From Zootoca vivipara (taxonomy: Eukaryota): a DNA stretch of 64,000 nt. Location of the stretch: the NCBI RefSeq assembly GCF_963506605.1, contig NC_083276.1, positions 82,150,001-82,214,000 on the forward strand, in the 5' to 3' direction. The notes beneath the pieces were generated by a model. The model saw only the letters and a list, made by a program, of their open reading frames with translations, did no database searches and had not been told where the DNA came from. The position numbers and the translations under genes were made by a program. Shown one piece after another: positions 12,108 to 25,405 of the stretch (position 1 is its first letter; every line of letters begins with the position of its first letter).

Positions 12108-14199
12108 TACTTTTTTTTTTAAAAAAAAGATACACAGAATCCAAGGCCAGCCAAGTTATTTTGGCACCTGAGGTAGAATAACTTGTAAGTGCTTCTGTCC
12201 TGGGCCTTACCTGGCAGTAAAAACGCAACAAGAAAGTAAATAACTAATAATATACTGTCCTTTCATTTGCTAGAATTGCAACTGTATTATCACACTTCTA
12301 AAATACGATGTTAGCATTGTTTCTTCTGCCCTACCATTATAGCTTCCCAGTCTCCTCTATATTTGTTCACCCCCCCTGCTTTTCTTTCACTAAGATGTAC
12401 CTGTCATTATCCTTCATGGACCAGCAGTTTTGTGACAGCCTGGAGAAAATGAGACTGCTGGCATCAGCTAAAAGCCGAGGAAGCCCCAGGGTCTATTTAA
12501 GCAGAAACTTCTGGGGCGAACAGGAAATGAATTGGAAAGATCAAGAATGACACAATTGGGGGAAGAGGAGACAGCGGAGACTGAGGGGGGTAGAATGAGG
12601 TAAGGCAACCTTGGATCCAGCTTTCACACAACAGAGGAGGAGAGAAACCTGATAGAATCAGGCCATATTATTTACACCATAGGGTAAATGTTGGTGATAG
12701 ACAAGCACCGGCCTCTGAACCCTGGTTGCCATTTCTCAACTGCAAATGGCAATGTGAGGGATCTTTTGTTCCTCAGGGGAGAAATGTTTATGGTGATGCT
12801 CTACCCTTCTGCATTTACTGCTTTCCCAGCTGCTTTCCTTCACCTGACACAGAGGAGACGCAACCAGGAGGAAGAGGGCTTTCAGGAGGAAGAGTGGTAG
12901 GCAGGGTGCCTCTTAAGTCCACCCTGCTCCTCCCCTGCAAGCCACCTCTCCAACTTTGCAGAGGATAATATTGGCCAGTGTGGTGGGACCAGTGGTCGTT
13001 GGTGGACTCTGGGCTTGGAGGGGTTGCTTGGCAGTCCCAGATGTTGCGTGGGCAAGGCCAAATTGCTCTGCTTCTCTCCCCATCCTCCTCCCCGGCAAAG
13101 AAGCAGTGGACACGTAAGCAGTACAGCTCTAGCAATCCTGTGATATAATAAAGGAACATCACAATGTGAGCAATTTGTTGTTATCGCTGCTATTGTGGTG
13201 TGCTTCTAAACAAACGTCACTTCATTTAGATTATATTCTCTGTAAGAGCATTCTGGAAGCAATCCTATCCCATGTAGGCCTGGCCATGAAGTGGCTCACT
13301 GTGTGACCTTGGTCCAGGCACTGTCTCTCAGCAAAATTGCTATGAAGAAAACATGTCACCTTGAGCTTCTTGGATAAAAGGTGGGATATAACGAGTAATT
13401 CCGTTGTTCCCGCAAGGGGACAATGACAATAAAGTTTTCTCTGTCTATAATCAATCAATAAATACATCATTTTCTATTAATCATAATGTACATAGAGCCC
13501 TGCTGGGACAGCCTGGCATTCTGTTCCTGACCAGATGCCTATGTAAACCACAATAGTAGAACTGAGCAATGTTCTGCAGCAAGAGAGCAACTGTGCAACA
13601 TAATCCTTCTGTATTAGATGGCACTTACTCCTATGTAAATGTATGAAGAAATCAGATTTTTTCCAGCACCCTTCTTACATCTTGCTCCAAGACAGATGAT
13701 GACAAACAAAAATAGCCAAACAAGCAAGGGTGTCTTAGGATTCCCATAGAAAGTACCTGAGAACTCTCAAGTACCTAGTACCTGAGAACGCTCAACTAAG
13801 TTACTTAGATATAACATCAGAGATATCTGAAATCTCACATATCAATTTAACATGGAATTCATGCGGATTTTAAGCAAAATCCACACCACATCGCACATGT
13901 GTGAATACATTTCTAGCCGGAGAAATGCAGTGTGAGAACATTAATCCCCCCAATATGATAGGAGACTTTGTGAATCTGTCCAGAGTTTCATAGAATCATA
14001 GGATTGTGGAGTTGGAAGATGGCTGAAGTCTCACACATCAAGTTAACACGGCATTTGAGTGGCTTTTAAGCAAGATGCACACCACATATTCACAAAGTCC
14101 CCCCACCGTATTAAAAAAAATGGTTAAAGCAGCAATCACAGTTGCAGCAATAGAGCTAAAACTCACACATGCTTTAGATGACAAAGGCTAGAAGTTAAA

Positions 14200-14312
14200 G
14201 GACTCTCCTCCCTTGGAGGTTTTAAGCAGATATTGGATGGCCATATATCATGAATGCTTTTGATGAGATTTCTGTATTACTGGGTCCCTGCCAACTCTCC
14301 CATTCTATGAAT
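14200..14312 (+). mobile_element. CR1 LINE 3' fragment
   Basis: GACTCTCC...TTGGAGGTTTTAAGCAGA...GGATGGCCAT...ATTCTATGA tail. Confidence 0.6.
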
Positions 14313-15167
14313 ATGCCCCAGCCCCCTCCTGGCTCTTGAGTTGGGGCTGGGGCTCTGGTAGGATGCCCAGTGGTGGCAGGGGATGATGCCTCCCCTCAAT
14401 ATTGGGGGGGGCTGGGTCCCCTGATTCAAAATATTGAGGGGATTGGAGCCCCTGGCGCTCCCTATACCTGGGCCGGTGCCTCTGGACCAGCCCACTGTAG
14501 GGATGTGGCCCCTGCTGGGCTGCCCAGAAGAGAATGTCAGCATGATGGTGTCAGATCTCTTCCCCAACTTGAACCAACAATCCTTTGTGCACAAGGAACA
14601 ACTGGCATGCAGGAGGCAAGGGCAAGGGCAGGGCGTGTGTTTTCAGGCTCCCTAGTTGATTTTATACAGTTTAAAGTAGCTGAAAAAGACTGCTGTGTTG
14701 TGATTATAAGGGGTGATGGCTAGTGCTAGAGGGCTGGGTTGTTACATCTCTCTGTGTGTTTGCATGGTAATAGTGCTGTCATTTATGCATCTTCATTGTG
14801 TAATCGTCAGTTGCATCTGTTGGTGTGTTTGTGCCGGGCTGGCTGTCATCTCTGAGTTGGTTTGACAGATGGATCTTGGCTGGATCTGTATTCGATAGTT
14901 ATTTCTGTATTTTTGGCAGAAAGGCTGCCTTTTATGTATGTGGATTTATGTTAGTTTGTTGAGCCTATCAGTTTGGATATTGACGTTATGCCTCCGGGAG
15001 GATTTCCATCGCTGTGTTGAATCTGGGCGGAAATATATGCTGGCAGATTGCATGGGTACCAGAGGGCTGCTCCCTAGCAGACATTTTGTACTTGAAAATG
15101 GATTCCCAAGTATAAAGTACTCAAATATGCCAGTGAGGAAGGGTGACCAGCTTTAAAAACAAATATT

Positions 15168-15457
15168 GTTTTTTAGTCGTGTCCAACTCTTCGTGATCCC
15201 ATGGACCAGAGCATGCCAGGCACTCCTGTCTTCCACTGTCTCCTGCAGTTTGGTCAGACTCATGTTGGTAGCTTCGAGAACACTGTCCAACCATCTCGTC
15301 CTCTGTCGTCCCCTTCTCCTTGTGCCCTCAATCTTTCCCAGCATCAGGGTTTTTTCGAGGGAGTCTTCTCTTCTCATGAGGTGGCCAAAGTATTGGAGCC
15401 TCAGCTTCAGGATCTGTCCTTCCAGTGAGCACTCAGGGCTGATTTCCTTAAGAATGG
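15168..15457 (-). mobile_element. Bov-B (RTE) LINE 3' fragment
   Basis: Encodes SILKEISPECSLEGQILKLRLQYFGHLMRR...; 12-bp TSD AAAACAAATATT (15156-15167, 15458-15469). Confidence 0.95.
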
Positions 15458-15568
15458 AAAACAAATATTAGCTCAGCCCAAGTAAGAAAAAGTCACAGTT
15501 TATAGCCATGGGATGAGCTCCCTTTGTTAACTGGGAAACCCAGGCAGATGTGTTTTTTTAAATAAATG

Positions 15569-15570
<2 letters not shown>

Positions 15571-15618
<48 letters not shown>
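15571..15618. repeat. (TTA)n microsatellite
   Basis: Seen directly. Confidence 0.95.
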
Positions 15619-15621
<3 letters not shown>

Positions 15622-17374
15622 TGTGTGTCTGATGAAATTGACTGAGGTCCCTGAAATGTTCTGTCATGATAAATGTGCTAGCTTTTGCCACAACAGAATA
15701 ACATGACTGCTGTTCTGGAACAGTGTAAACAAATATACCTTTTTTTTTTTTTTTACTTTTGTTGGAAATCTAGACTGCAAATGGGTCTGGTTACTATCCA
15801 TTTCTTTGCTTGTCATGTATTGGACGTTGTATTGAGGTTGGGTGAACAGCTTGTCACAGGATATATTTGTGATGTGTCATGATTACAGTACTTTACAGCA
15901 GACAAGGGAGTGCAGGCATACAAAATAATTTGTCAAGCAAACAGTCTGACTCACTGACTGCTGCGGCTGCTGCTTTTGAGAGAGCAAGGTGCTGAGGGTG
16001 TATGTGTGGGACCCACACATGGTAACAGAGATCTTTGGAGGGGAGGGCTCTGGAGAGAGCCAGGAGAAGGCATGTGGGTGAACAGGCAACATGCCTGTAA
16101 ATCCCAGTCGCTGGAAATCACAGGTGGGGAAAGCGCTATTGCACTATGGTCCTTCTCACGAGCTTCCCAAAGGCGTCGGGTTGACTACTGTGAGAACAAA
16201 ATGCCAGGGGCCTTTGCTTCTCATCCAGTAGGGCTCTTCTTATCTTTTTAAGGAGAGGAAGGTAATGAGGAGAATGTATGCATCTCACTTTGTGTCAAAC
16301 ACTTGAGGGGAAAAAAAAGTCCGACTGAGGGAGCCATGGTGGCACCACAAAAAACGGTAGTGGCAGGTGTGGTGGGGCAGAGCCGCTTCCCTGGCTGACG
16401 TTAGTTTCTCTGCAGCTCACCTGGGCAGCACTGGGCTGTGGCTGGGTGGTGGCTAAGTTGGGGCTAGAGGAGAGCTCACCAAGGCTTCCTTTTGTGCCTC
16501 AGTGTCAGAATTCTCTTCCCCCTGACTGGTGAATCCCCAGTGAAAGCCCACTCTTTACTGCTGAAAACAATTCTGCAGAAAACTCAAATTGCTGTTTGTT
16601 TCTTCTGATTGCGCTAAAGAGTGGGTTTTCCTGGGGACAGCGGCAGGGCAGGGGGAGAGCATTCTGACATGGAGCTTTAAACTGTGGACCAGCACCATTC
16701 GAGTAAGCTACAGCAATGACACTAGTCTTAGCCATACTTACTCTTGTCCTGCTGCTTCCTCCCCAGGGAAAACTGCTCTTTAGAGCTCAGTCGGAGCAAA
16801 CAGCAATTCAGGGTCTCCCCAAATTGCTGTTTTGTTCTGATCTTTTTGCTAAAGAGTGGGTTTGCCCTTAGAAAAGAGCAGGGGAAACCACTTGGACCCT
16901 TGCCTAAAAAGCATGGGTCAAGAGGAAAATGGCTCAGACCTGTATTTCTGAGGTACGCACAAACAGGTGTGGACGAGGCCACTGCCAGCTGCTACTGCCA
17001 GTGCTGACTACCTGAAGAAGTGTGCATGCACACAAAATCTCATACCAATGACAAACTTGGTTGGTCTCTAAGGTGCTGCTGGAAGGAAATTTTTTTATTT
17101 TGTTTCGACTATGTCAGACCAACACGGCTACCTACCTGTAACTATCTGATGTGGATTGAGGATGTGTGCAGGGAGGTGCTGCCCTCAAGTCATTGCCTAA
17201 ATATCTTTCTCTAAAGAGCCAGAGGTAGGCCTACTACCTGCTTCGCGAGATGTAAGTTGCAGGAAGCAACTTAAATCTAACACAAAGATGACATACGGTA
17301 TTTTAATTAAGAACTGTTAATGTTCTGCCACACAGAACAGGCCATTTTCTTACAGCTGTGTATACACTATAAAG

Positions 17375-17510
17375 CAGGCATCCCCAAACTGCGGCCCTCC
17401 AGATGTTTTGGCCTACAACTCCCATGATCCCTAGCTAACAGGACCAGTGGTCAGAGAAGATGGGAATTGTAGTCCAAAACACCTGGAGGGCTGAAGTTTG
17501 GGGATGCCTG
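17375..17510. mobile_element. 136-bp hAT (Charlie-like) MITE
   Basis: TIR CAGGCATCCCCAAACT; TSD CTATAAAG/CTATAACG; nested in an older palindromic element (about 17353-17685). Confidence 0.92.
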
Positions 17511-17699
17511 CTATAACGCATGTTTGAAGCACATTTCCACCTCAAAGAATTCTTGACACTGTCATTTGTTAAGGGTTGCTGGGAATTATACCTCTGTGCG
17601 GGGTAAACGACATACCCAGAATTCTTTGAGGGGGAAAATGTGCTCTGAATGTGCTTTAAAGGTACATTATAGTGTGTAATTAGCCATAGATAATCTCAC

Positions 17700-17734
17700 G
17701 AAGAGTCGGACACAACTAAATGACTAAACAACAA
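17700..17734 (+). mobile_element. Bov-B 3' tail micro-insertion
   Basis: GAAGAGTCGGACACAACTAAATGACTAAACAACAA flanked by the duplication AATCTCAC. Confidence 0.75.
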
Positions 17735-19142
17735 AATCTCACAAATGTGTTCTTTATTTTGGAGCTCTTTGGGTGACATTCTTAGCTGGGGGCTAACATC
17801 AACAAATATCACAGTCTCAGGGAGACAGCATTTCTTTAGTTGGTGTCATGGACCGGCTGACACATGAAGCAATTGAAAAGAATTATTCAATAAAATGACC
17901 CACGAAATGAGCCTGAAGAGGGTGGCCTGAATCACTTCCATGACAAGAAGACTCACGAGATGTTCACATTATTTAAAAGATGGGAACACGATTGATAATT
18001 CTGAACAAAACAAACGATTCTAGTGTTCAACCACTAAAATGGCTGGATTAAAAACAAGAACGACAGAAGCACTCTCTGGGAAAGTATCGAATCAAAAAGT
18101 TTAGTTTCCTTACAGATTTTGAAAAAATGAAAATGTGAACCCCCATGAAAAATTCCAGAAGCAAACATTGTATAGGTGTGGATCAAAGTATTGCTTGCAC
18201 CCCCTAAATGGTGGTGATGTTAATAATCCAAAAAAGCAGATCTCATCAAGCTCTGTTCCCTGTGTGACATTTTGGGGCAGCGTGGCAGCTGGAGGAAGCT
18301 TTGCTGTGTGTCACAGTCAAAGAAAGCTCCAGCATCTTCTCTTCCAGTTGCCTGACCGCCTTCACCCACGATAGCCCACTTCTTAATGGATGGTGATGAG
18401 TGAAAGGTTGCCATGAAAGCTGGTGGGCGGCACTGATTGGTCCTGGCTGAAGAACAGATGACAGGATGGATATAAACATGGGGGGGGGATAAAAAGAATG
18501 ACAGCATATTGTTCAGATTCTTCAAAGGGCTCCCTATAAAACCTTTGTGCCAAGTTGTTTAGTTTAATCCTGAATTCACCAGGAGATGTGAATTCACCTC
18601 CAGGCCTAGAGCAGCTCATATCAGCTGCCCTCTGATAAATAAGTTAACAGGGCTGACAGCAGTCTTGGGGTCACACAGTTACAAGGCTGAAAGTACTGCC
18701 TGCCAATGGGTGGCTGTTTCTGTGAGCAGAAAATATGGTGGTGTACTATTGCCACCTGCTGGACGTCTCTGCAAACAGAAATTCGACAGATTTCGGGCAG
18801 ATGAGCTTATATCCTGTAGTGTATTTATTGAACCAGAGCCAGGGGGTTCATAATGTCTATCAGCCACAAAAGCGCCTGTTGTCTCTGCCATGTGCATTTT
18901 GAGTGCTGACGGTGTCTGAAGTTGTCGCCGCTGCTCTCTGGAAGCTCGCGCAAAATCTTGCTCTGTCTTGAGGATGCAAATATGGAGAGAGACAGTGCAG
19001 ATTTCCCACCCATTTGCCTAAGATATACACTGTATTCCCAAAGTGCTGGAACTCTCTGTTTCTCCTTTTGGATCTTGTAAAACCTGGTCACCCAGAGAAG
19101 AAACAATGGCTTCTTACTGAGACAAATAATTGGGCTCTTTCT

Positions 19143-19362
19143 AACATTAAGAACATAAGAGGCAGTTTCCTGGATCAGGCCCATGAGCCACCTAGTCCAG
19201 CATCCTGTTCTCACAGTGGCCAACCAGATACCTATGGGAAACCACTCCTTGCTCCTGTGGTTTACAGCAACTGGTATTGAGTAGCATTTCTGCCTCCCAC
19301 TCTGGAGGCGGAGCATAGCCATTGTGGCTAGTAGTCATGGATAGCCCTCTCCTCCATGAATT
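19143..19362 (-). mobile_element. CR1-type LINE 3' fragment
   Basis: AAGAACATAAGA...CTAGTCCAGCATCCTGTTCTCACAGTGGCCAACCAG; related copy at 45381-45490. Confidence 0.65.
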
Positions 19363-20140
19363 ATTAGTATGATAATTCTAAAAGCCCTGTTCTGATGAAG
19401 TGTGCTCCACTGAAATGCTGTGCACTTTTTGATCTGCATGGATCAATATTGTGCGCCCTGTCTGTACACTTGTTGAGTGTTACATGTGAATAACTTTATA
19501 AGTTCAGCTATTTATGCACAGTGGCGCACTATGCACTCATTAAATGTAGCATGTGAGCACACCTTATTTGGGGGGGGGCTCAAGGGCAGACTTGATAAAC
19601 TCTTTGAAATACATTCAGGAACAATTCACATGCAAAAGAAGTGGCTCATCCATATCCTTATCATTTGGTCCTTCAAGGTCATGGGGCTGTTCACAATCTG
19701 GGCAAGAAACTGAAAACTGTGCAAGAAGCAAGAGATGCTGATCTGCTTCACACTAAATGCTGACTTCATTCACATTCCATTTGTTCTGTTTTATGCCAAA
19801 TAAGGTGATTTAAAAATTGCCAGGACAGATATTTTTGTTGGCAAGTGTACTAAAAATACTCCTCCTTTCTCACTTTTCTTCCTCACCTTCATTTGTTTAA
19901 TTGGCAAATACCAGAACTGAGTGAAAAATAAATAGTTCCACCAGCAGCTGTTCAGCCCTCTAAAACTCAGGAAACACACACACACACACAAAAAACCTTA
20001 CTAATATAATCCATTGGAAGAATGATGGCTCGGTTGTGGAATGCATGCTTTTTCATGGGAAAATATTCCTGGTTCAAACCCAGATTCTGTAACCTTTTTT
20101 TTGGGGGGGGGGTCCACAGGAACTATTTATTTTTCTAGGG

Positions 20141-20186
<46 letters not shown>
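20141..20186. repeat. (GT)n microsatellite
   Basis: Seen directly. Confidence 0.95.
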
Positions 20187-21291
20187 AATCACATCAAATA
20201 TACTTCTTTGCACGCTCCAGTCTTTTCCTAGCTATAAGTGTAGGACTGGGAAAGCTTTCTTGTTTTATGTGCATATCTTCAAAAAGATTAATGAGGCCAT
20301 ATCTTTAAGTGTTTCTCCTACCAGTCCAGGTAATTCTGAATACAACGCCACAGACGAATACAATATAGGAAAGCATTTTAAAAAAACAGAAAAACCCGGA
20401 ACATCAGAATTAATTAGGAAGAACCGTGCAAAACTCCTCTTCTGTCAAACATTTCTGGTGTCATATCATAAAACTGACCACATGGTCTGCTTTGTGGAAA
20501 TATTTACTGATATACCTAAAACACCCCCCCTTCTTTCTTGTATTGAAAAAGGCACAAAATAGCAGTTATGCCAGTATATCAGTCATATTGTTCACCCTAC
20601 AGAAACAATGTTAATTCTAATATTATACGAGCATACCTTTTCTTGCATAAAACGGGTTGCTTAAGACAGGGTGAGCATAAAGTTGATTAGGATCTCTTGC
20701 TGCAGATTGGCAGGAGTTTCTGACTTCTAAAAGTTGAACAATAACTGCAACTCTCTGATTGCTGAAGAAAACTTGGTGAGAAACTAAGAGCAATTTTTAA
20801 TGTGAGCTGGGCTAGACATCTACTCAGAGGTACCCCTTTGCCTCCTTTAATTCTAAGTGTATGGGTGCCTCCAGATCATCAGTATTTTTGAGGGAGGGAT
20901 TCAAATGCATACCAGGAAATTAAGGTTTACACAACTAAAGTGGTTTAAAGTGCTCTGTCGCCTATCACGTCAAAGTTTGTTTTTTTAAAAAAGAAGTTAT
21001 AAAGAAAGAAAGACCTTTTCTGGTTCGAAAGAGGACAGGGAATTGCTTTGAAAAGTTTGAACTGAATGATTAATTGGAAACCATATATACACCCTGCAAA
21101 CAAGTCAGGATGAAAGTTCATTGTTATATAACCTTTCCAAAAACAAATCAGAATGAGTGCTTAGCAGAGATCTCATACAATATTACTTCCACATAGGCAT
21201 AAACAGAGAAATTTTTGGCAAATTTTAAAAATCCACCCGGACAGAAATTTTACTCAAAAGAGAATGTGTCCTTAGGACATAGAATGTTAAT

Positions 21292-21413
21292 CAGCCCAAG
21301 GCCTGAATAAAGAGAAATGTTTTCTTCTGGAGTCTAAAGATATGTAATGAAGGCACTAGGTGAGCCTCCCTGGGGAGAGCATTGCACAAATGGGGAGCCA
21401 CCACAGGAAAGGT
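21292..21413 (-). mobile_element. L2 LINE 3' coding fragment
   Basis: Translates RTFPVVAPHLCNALPREAHLVPSLHIFRLQKKTFLF, matching the L2 C-terminal RAFSVxAPxLWNxLP motif. Confidence 0.7.
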
Positions 21414-21480
21414 CCTTCCTTCCTTCCTTCCTTCCTTCCTTCCTTCCTTCCTTCCTTCCTTCCTTCCTTCCTTCCTTCCT
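21414..21480. repeat. (TTCC)n microsatellite
   Basis: Seen directly. Confidence 0.95.
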
Positions 21481-21519
21481 TTTTTTTTAAAAAAAAGTTT
21501 ATAAGATTTTATTAATACA

Positions 21520-23126
21520 CTAGCTGACCCGGCCATGCGTTGCTGTGGTTCTTTCCTGTCATCCCCCCCACCCTGTCATGATCCATGACGTATCCTGCCC
21601 CTCCTCCCTCCACCCCGGCTCATCCCTGTGTTTCGGTAGGATACCCTTCCCTCTGTTGTCCCTGGGGAGTGTTGGCCCCTCCCCCCTGTATCTCCATACC
21701 TTGGCCCCCACCCTCGAAAAGGAACTGTTAGGTTCTGGGTTCTATTTCCCAGCATGCACTTTTGTCTGAACCTTCTGTTGTTCCTGGGGAGTGTTGGCCC
21801 CTACCCCCTGTATCTCCATACCTTGGCCACCATCCTTGGAGAAGGAGCTGTCAGTTTCTGGGTTCCATTTCCCAGTATTTACTTTTGTCTGAGCCCTCTG
21901 TTGTCCCCTCCCCCCTGTATCTCCATACATTGGCCCCTGCGCATGCATCGTGAACATTTCTATATGTTTAGATTAAGGATCGGGGGTGATGATGTGCCCT
22001 GGGACCCAGAGAACTACTTAAAGAATCCCAACCCGGGGAGGGGGGGTGTCAAATAGCGAAGCCCCACAGCCCTGTAGCAACAGACAGGCCCAGACAGAAG
22101 GAGGGGGATCATATGGGCCACTTGGCGCGGGCCTCCGAATCCAAAGCGGGCCTCGGTCAGCATATTCACAATCAGTAAAATGAAAAAAGTAACAAAAGGG
22201 TTAAAAACAGGGACACATTATCTTATCTACCTGGGCCGGGCCTCTGTCTGGCCCTGCAAGGGCCTGGCAACAGAAGGTGCGTTCTGAAGTACCCAAGTTG
22301 TTCAGTTCCATAAAAAAACCCAGGAAGTGGCAAGGGGAAGGTAGGGAATTGTAAATGGGGTGGGGTGTGTGCACTGCAAATATCTGAGGACTTAAACTGG
22401 GGAGAGAACGTGAATGGTTTTTTTTTTTTTAAAAAAAAAAGACACAGAGGCTTACAATCAGTTGTTTCTCCTAAAATAAGACATACCCATAAAATAAGTC
22501 ATATTTATTTTTGTCTTGTGGATTTTTGGGGGGTAGTGGTGCTAAATTGTAAAGTAAAAACCCCTTGCAGTGTAGGGGCCTACATAAATCGAAGGCCGTG
22601 CTGCGGTCTGTGGCAACCCCCCCCCTCAGGCAGGCCCCGACCTCCACTTGGCAATGTTGGTTCTTTGGTGGTTTTTTTTGGGGGAGGTAGTGGTGCTAAA
22701 TGGTAAAGTAAAACCCTTTGCCGTGCCCCCAAGTGTGTTGCTGTGGGTTATCCCCCTCCCCGGGTCTAGTGGAGGCCTGTCAGCCTGTCAGGGGCCTAAA
22801 ACAAAGGCCTAGATAAAATGGCTGCCTTGGTGTGCTTCAGTTGCTTGGTTGATGATGATGTCATTCGGTTTGTGGGTGTGGCTTAGATTTCTCAGGAAGG
22901 GAGGGGGTGTACTGTGGGAGGAATTCCACTTAAGGGCACTGTTTGACTTGGTGGAAAAGCAGGTCTGTACCTGGGCAGGTGTGCGATTTGAGGGATTTTT
23001 GCCCCCAACAACGCTCTAGGAGTGGCCTGGATCGTTGTGTCAAAATTTCAGGACGATCGGTCAAGCGGTTACGGAGAAAAGTGGCAAACAGGATTTCACG
23101 ATTTTTACATTTTTTTTATATACAGA
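21520..23126 (-). mobile_element. Non-autonomous Helitron, about 1.6 kb
   Basis: Minus strand starts A|TCTGTATATAAAA and ends CCACAGCAACGCATGG-CCGGGTCAG-CTAG|T: 5'-TC, subterminal hairpin, 3'-CTAG, inserted between A and T with no TSD. Confidence 0.85.
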
Positions 23127-23397
23127 TTACACTAAAAAACTAATCTAAATGAAAACAAAAACAGAAAAAAGAAAAGAAAGAAAAGCACACAAAACTCCTC
23201 TTTCACAGGTAAATCTTAACTTGACCAACACAGAGAAAGGTGAACCCTTCCAGCTCTCACGTGGGAACTTCCCTTCCTTCTCCCAGCCTCCCACCTTGGG
23301 AGATCTTCTCTTCCATGCCAACAGCAATCCCAATTAGCTCACACAAACCTGAAGTCTAACCACCCTCGGCTTAAGAAGGAATTCTATGACAGGCCCA

Positions 23398-24339
23398 CTA
23401 TTTCAATAGGAACCCCTTTCTCCCGATTACTCTCTTTACAGCATCTTTCACTTCTTTGTTCTTTACACTGTAGATCAAGGGATTTAACATTGGAATCACA
23501 ACTGTGTAGAACATGGAGACCATCTTGTCCTGATCTTCTGAGAAGCTGTTGCTGGGCTGTACCACGTAGATAAAGAAGAGGGTCCCGAAAAAGATGGAAA
23601 CGGTGGTGAGGTGGGAGAAACAGGTAGAGAAAGTCTTACGCCAGCCCTCTGCAGAGCGCATCCTCAGGATGGCAGCGAGGATGTAGATGTAGGAGATGAT
23701 GATAAGAGAACAGCTGAGAGTGCCCAGTGTGCAGGACATGGCAAAGAGCACTAACTTGTTGATTTGTGTGTCTGAGCAGGAGAGCGAAATCACTGCAGGG
23801 ATGTCACAGAAGAAGTGATTGATCTTGAAGTGACAGAAGGTTAACTGGAAAGTTAAGGTTGTGTGTGTGATGCCATTTAGCAGCCCCACACAATAGGGGC
23901 CAGCCAGCAGTTGGACACAAACTTTCCTGGACATGATGAGCTTATACAACAGTGGGTTAGAAATGGCCACATACCGATCATAGGCCATTGAAGTCAAGAG
24001 GTAACCTTCGACACCCAAAAAGAAGCTGAAGAACCACATCTGTGCTGCACACCCGGGCAAGGAAATCATTTTGCTTTCCGCAACAAAATCCACCAACATC
24101 TTAGGAGTGACAACTGAAGAATAGCAGAGGTCCACAAAGGACAAGTTGCTGAGAAAGAAGTACATGGGGGTGTGAAGCCGGGAGTCAGTCCTGATTAAGA
24201 GGATCATCCCAAGATTTCCCACGAGGGTGATGAGGTAGACGGTTAGGAAGAATATGAAGAGTAGGATTTGCAGCTCTGGAGATCCAGCAAAGCCCAGAAA
24301 GATAAATTCATGCACCATGGTGTGGTTTACATTGGCCAT
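23398..24339 (-). CDS. Olfactory receptor, class II (family 5/8/9-like), 313 aa
   Basis: Intact ORF with [37 protein letters not shown]; N-glycosylation site NHT; splice acceptor ending at 24351 just upstream of the ATG. Confidence 0.95.
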   Translation of the reverse strand: MANVNHTMVHEFIFLGFAGSPELQILLFIFFLTVYLITLVGNLGMILLIRTDSRLHTPMYFFLSNLSFVDLCYSSVVTPKMLVDFVAESKMISLPGCAAQMWFFSFFLGVEGYLLTSMAYDRYVAISNPLLYKLIMSRKVCVQLLAGPYCVGLLNGITHTTLTFQLTFCHFKINHFFCDIPAVISLSCSDTQINKLVLFAMSCTLGTLSCSLIIISYIYILAAILRMRSAEGWRKTFSTCFSHLTTVSIFFGTLFFIYVVQPSNSFSEDQDKMVSMFYTVVIPMLNPLIYSVKNKEVKDAVKRVIGRKGFLLK

Positions 24340-25289
24340 TCACAGTATCTCTGTGTAGAAAAGTAGAAGGTAAGTTCCATTGTAGTGCAGGGAATGTAGA
24401 TAAAGCTACTCATGAAATACAGACTGTGAATGGAAGAGGTAGTGAGGAGGGGATTTGCTGCATCTCATGCTCTGCATAAAGAAAGTCCCTGGTTCGATTC
24501 CTGGCATCTCCAGTTAAAAAGAGAATCAGGCTGCAAATGACATGGAAGGTGTCTCTGTGCTGGTGGGGCACAGAGACCTGCTGCTGGTCAGAACAGACAA
24601 AATAAAGAAATACTAGTTTTCTATTTCAGCTGTTGCATATCTAGGAAGCTATTTTAAGAAAAAAATGACTTCTGAAAATATGCATGATACCTATAATGAT
24701 ACCTATAATGTTCTCTGCTTTCCTTTTTACAAGATTCTTTTTGCACCCTGAATTTTCTGCTTAATGCACTTTCTACCTTTTAAAGAAGTTAATGGCTAGA
24801 AAAATGTTGCAAGTAATGAAAAGCAGGGGCACTGATGGAACGAGAAGGATTTTTTAAAAACTCCTATTTGAGGTGTGGAGGGGGGGAAAAATGTGTCCAG
24901 ACAATCCACATAGTGGAATTTGAAGCAAAAACTCTCTATGCCCCCAAGCCTTCCCACATCCCTATGGTTCATTAACTTTCTTATCTCTTTTACTTAAAAC
25001 AAAATACACATCCCATAATTGTCTTGGCCTCCTTAGGATTGTGGCGCTGATTTTTTTTGGCAACTTCTTTCACTGATTCAATCTTACATCACTGGGGACA
25101 TTGAAATGATGGTAGTAATTTAACTTGTAGCAATTTCTGAGTTGCTTTGGTCTGAGAACCTGTACTCTGGAGGGAAAGTCCCGTTTGAACTCAATGGGAC
25201 TTACTTTGAGAAGTCTTGTATAGGATCTCAACGCACATCTTCCAGATGAGGTTTTCTTGGCCTCTCCAGTGTTGTTTACAAAGGCAAGG

Positions 25290-25405
25290 ATCTTTATATC
25301 CTTCTGAGTTCTTCAGTCTGGGGCTTTGAGGACCCATTTCTACTGTCAGGTGGTAAAGCTGCAATTAATTTTTGTCCCACTGGGTATGAGCATTAATTGC
25401 ACTGA
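25290..25405 (-). promoter_or_regulatory. Candidate promoter of OR 23398-24339
   Basis: TATAAA on the minus strand near 25293-25298; two TAATTG homeodomain sites flanking an O/E-like TCCCACTGGG. Motif inspection only. Confidence 0.35.

Noticed and set aside
12815-13162. 115-aa ORF with an acceptor-like site
   Set aside because: No recognisable homology or partner exon.
18246-19322. Several 70-165-aa minus-strand ORFs
   Set aside because: No motif recognised; partly CR1-derived.
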